DNA from: Escherichia coli
GTDB taxonomy: Bacteria > Pseudomonadota > Gammaproteobacteria > Enterobacterales > Enterobacteriaceae
Assembly (NCBI RefSeq): GCF_045037415.1
Contig: NZ_CP173438.1
Length of the DNA stretch: 64,000 nt
Direction: 5' to 3' (one strand)
The notes under the pieces were generated by a model, which had not been told where the DNA came from, ran no database searches, and saw nothing but the letters and a program-made list of their open reading frames with translations. Shown one piece after another: positions 61,517 to 64,000 of this stretch. The stretch's first letter is position 1. The number at the start of each line of letters is the position of its first letter. The translations under genes were made by a program, and so were the position numbers.

Positions 61517-63316
61517 ATGAAGAATATACGTAACTTTTCGATCATAGCTCACATTGACCACGGTAAATCGACGCTGTCTGACCGTATTATCCAGATCTGC
61601 GGTGGCCTGTCTGACCGTGAAATGGAGGCGCAGGTTCTCGATTCCATGGATCTTGAGCGTGAGCGTGGCATTACCATCAAAGCGCAAAGCGTGACGCTGG
61701 ACTACAAAGCGTCTGACGGCGAAACCTATCAGCTTAACTTTATCGACACCCCGGGCCACGTAGACTTCTCCTATGAAGTTTCTCGTTCGCTGGCTGCCTG
61801 TGAAGGTGCATTGCTGGTGGTCGACGCCGGGCAGGGCGTAGAAGCGCAAACCCTGGCAAACTGCTACACCGCCATGGAAATGGATCTCGAAGTGGTGCCG
61901 GTACTGAACAAGATTGACCTGCCGGCAGCCGATCCTGAACGCGTGGCGGAAGAAATTGAAGATATCGTCGGCATCGACGCCACCGACGCGGTGCGCTGTT
62001 CAGCGAAAACCGGCGTTGGCGTGCAAGACGTTCTCGAACGCTTGGTGCGCGACATTCCGCCGCCGGAAGGCGATCCGGAAGGCCCATTGCAGGCGCTGAT
62101 TATCGACTCCTGGTTCGACAACTACCTGGGCGTTGTTTCACTTATCCGTATTAAAAACGGCACCCTGCGTAAGGGCGACAAAGTGAAAGTCATGAGCACC
62201 GAGCAGACCTATAACGCCGATCGTCTGGGCATCTTCACGCCGAAGCAGATTGACCGCACTGAACTGAAATGTGGCGAAGTAGGCTGGCTGGTATGTGCGA
62301 TTAAAGATATCCACGGCGCTCCAGTAGGCGATACCTTAACACTGGCGCGTAATCCGGCAGAAAAGGCGCTGCCTGGCTTTAAGAAAGTCAAACCTCAGGT
62401 ATATGCTGGTCTGTTCCCGGTAAGTTCCGACGACTATGAAGCCTTCCGTGACGCGCTGGGTAAACTCAGCCTGAACGATGCCTCACTGTTCTATGAGCCG
62501 GAAAGCTCCAGCGCGTTGGGCTTTGGTTTCCGCTGCGGCTTCCTTGGCCTGCTGCACATGGAGATCATCCAGGAACGTCTGGAACGTGAATACGATCTGG
62601 ATCTGATCACCACTGCGCCGACTGTAGTGTATGAAGTTGAAACCACGTCAAGAGAAGTTATCTACGTCGACAGCCCATCCAAGCTGCCAGCGGTAAATAA
62701 CATTTACGAACTGCGCGAGCCGATTGCAGAGTGTCACATGCTGCTGCCGCAGGCATATCTCGGCAACGTTATTACGCTGTGCGTAGAAAAACGCGGCGTG
62801 CAGACCAATATGGTTTACCACGGTAATCAGGTGGCGCTGACGTACGAGATCCCGATGGCGGAAGTGGTGCTCGACTTCTTCGATCGCCTGAAATCTACCT
62901 CGCGTGGTTATGCGTCTCTGGATTACAACTTCAAACGCTTCCAGGCGTCCGACATGGTACGTGTAGACGTATTAATCAACGGTGAACGTGTTGATGCATT
63001 GGCGCTGATCACCCACCGTGGTAATTCGCAAAACCGCGGTCGCGAGCTGGTGGAGAAGATGAAAGATCTGATCCCACGCCAGCAGTTTGATATCGCCATT
63101 CAGGCAGCGATTGGTACGCACATCATTGCGCGCTCCACCGTGAAACAGCTGCGTAAAAACGTACTGGCTAAATGTTATGGCGGCGATATCAGCCGTAAGA
63201 AAAAGCTGCTGCAGAAGCAGAAAGAAGGTAAGAAACGCATGAAGCAGATCGGTAACGTCGAGCTGCCGCAGGAAGCGTTCCTCGCCATTCTGCACGTCGG
63301 CAAAGACAACAAATAA
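61517..63316 (+). CDS. lepA: LepA (EF4), translational GTPase
   Basis: 599-aa [60 protein letters not shown]... with GTPase motifs. Confidence 0.97.
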   Translation: MKNIRNFSIIAHIDHGKSTLSDRIIQICGGLSDREMEAQVLDSMDLERERGITIKAQSVTLDYKASDGETYQLNFIDTPGHVDFSYEVSRSLAACEGALLVVDAGQGVEAQTLANCYTAMEMDLEVVPVLNKIDLPAADPERVAEEIEDIVGIDATDAVRCSAKTGVGVQDVLERLVRDIPPPEGDPEGPLQALIIDSWFDNYLGVVSLIRIKNGTLRKGDKVKVMSTEQTYNADRLGIFTPKQIDRTELKCGEVGWLVCAIKDIHGAPVGDTLTLARNPAEKALPGFKKVKPQVYAGLFPVSSDDYEAFRDALGKLSLNDASLFYEPESSSALGFGFRCGFLGLLHMEIIQERLEREYDLDLITTAPTVVYEVETTSREVIYVDSPSKLPAVNNIYELREPIAECHMLLPQAYLGNVITLCVEKRGVQTNMVYHGNQVALTYEIPMAEVVLDFFDRLKSTSRGYASLDYNFKRFQASDMVRVDVLINGERVDALALITHRGNSQNRGRELVEKMKDLIPRQQFDIAIQAAIGTHIIARSTVKQLRKNVLAKCYGGDISRKKKLLQKQKEGKKRMKQIGNVELPQEAFLAILHVGKDNK

Positions 63317-63331
63317 CCCTTAGGAGTTGGC

Positions 63332-64000
63332 ATGGCGAATATGTTTGCCCTGATTCTGGTGATTGCCACACTGGTGACGGGCATTTTATGGTGCGTGGAT
63401 AAATTCTTTTTCGCACCTAAACGGCGGGAACGTCAGGCAGCGGCGCAGGCGGCTGCCGGTGACTCACTGGATAAAGCAACGCTGAAAAAGGTTGCGCCGA
63501 AGCCTGGCTGGCTGGAAACCGGTGCTTCTGTTTTTCCGGTACTGGCTATCGTATTGATTGTGCGTTCGTTTATTTATGAACCGTTCCAGATCCCGTCAGG
63601 TTCGATGATGCCGACTCTGTTAATCGGTGATTTTATTCTGGTAGAGAAGTTTGCTTATGGCATTAAAGATCCTATCTACCAGAAAACGCTGATCGAAACC
63701 GGTCATCCGAAACGCGGCGATATCGTGGTCTTTAAATACCCGGAAGATCCAAAGCTTGATTACATCAAGCGCGCGGTGGGTTTACCGGGCGATAAAGTCA
63801 CTTATGATCCGGTCTCAAAAGAGCTGACGATTCAACCGGGATGCAGTTCCGGCCAGGCGTGTGAAAACGCGCTACCGGTCACTTACTCCAACGTGGAACC
63901 GAGCGATTTCGTTCAGACCTTCTCACGCCGTAATGGTGGGGAAGCGACCAGCGGATTCTTTGAAGTGCCGAAAAACGAAACCAAAGAAAATGGAATTCGT
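63332..64000 (+). CDS. lepB: LepB, signal peptidase I; partial, continues past the window end
   Basis: ATG at 63332: MANMFALILVIATLVTGILWCVDKFFFAPKRRERQAAAQAAAGDS... with the catalytic-serine region IPSGSMMPTLLIGDF. Confidence 0.9.
   Translation, partial: MANMFALILVIATLVTGILWCVDKFFFAPKRRERQAAAQAAAGDSLDKATLKKVAPKPGWLETGASVFPVLAIVLIVRSFIYEPFQIPSGSMMPTLLIGDFILVEKFAYGIKDPIYQKTLIETGHPKRGDIVVFKYPEDPKLDYIKRAVGLPGDKVTYDPVSKELTIQPGCSSGQACENALPVTYSNVEPSDFVQTFSRRNGGEATSGFFEVPKNETKENGIR

Overview
This 64 kb window reads as ordinary Escherichia coli-type core chromosome, and I found no convincing evidence of a novel or undescribed system. Protein identities and gene order are assigned from memory of E. 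coli K-12, not from a database search; relative to K-12 the window runs in inverted orientation, from the nrdHI operon to lepA-lepB. Almost every ORF longer than 100 aa in the six-frame track is either a recognisable gene or an antisense shadow of one, and all recognised genes look intact at their expected lengths. Content in order: nrdI (partial) and nrdH, ygaM, ygaC, alaE, stpA, ygaP-ygaV, yqaE, ygaU, csiR, the gabP-gabT-gabD-lhgO-csiD operon, ssrA (tmRNA) and smpB, ratA-ratB, bamE, recN, nadK, grpE, yfjD, ypjD, ffh, rpsP-rimM-trmD-rplS, yfiB-yfiN-yfiR, yfiL, aroF-tyrA, pheL-pheA, raiA, bamD, rluD, yfiH, clpB, one complete rRNA operon (16S, tRNA-Glu, 23S, 5S; rrnG-like), kgtP, yfiM, pssA, yfiQ/patZ, yfiP, trxC, yfiF, ung, grcA, yfiK, yfiE, srmB, yfiC, nadB, rpoE-rseABC, lepA and the start of lepB. 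I saw no IS elements, integrases, CRISPR arrays or foreign-looking gene blocks. The most interesting observation is structural: the 3' end of ssrA, a classic prophage integration site, lies only about 680 bp from csiD with no integrase or prophage, so this strain appears to lack the island K-12 carries there. Other findings are regulatory sites readable directly from the sequence and several compact gene overlaps.
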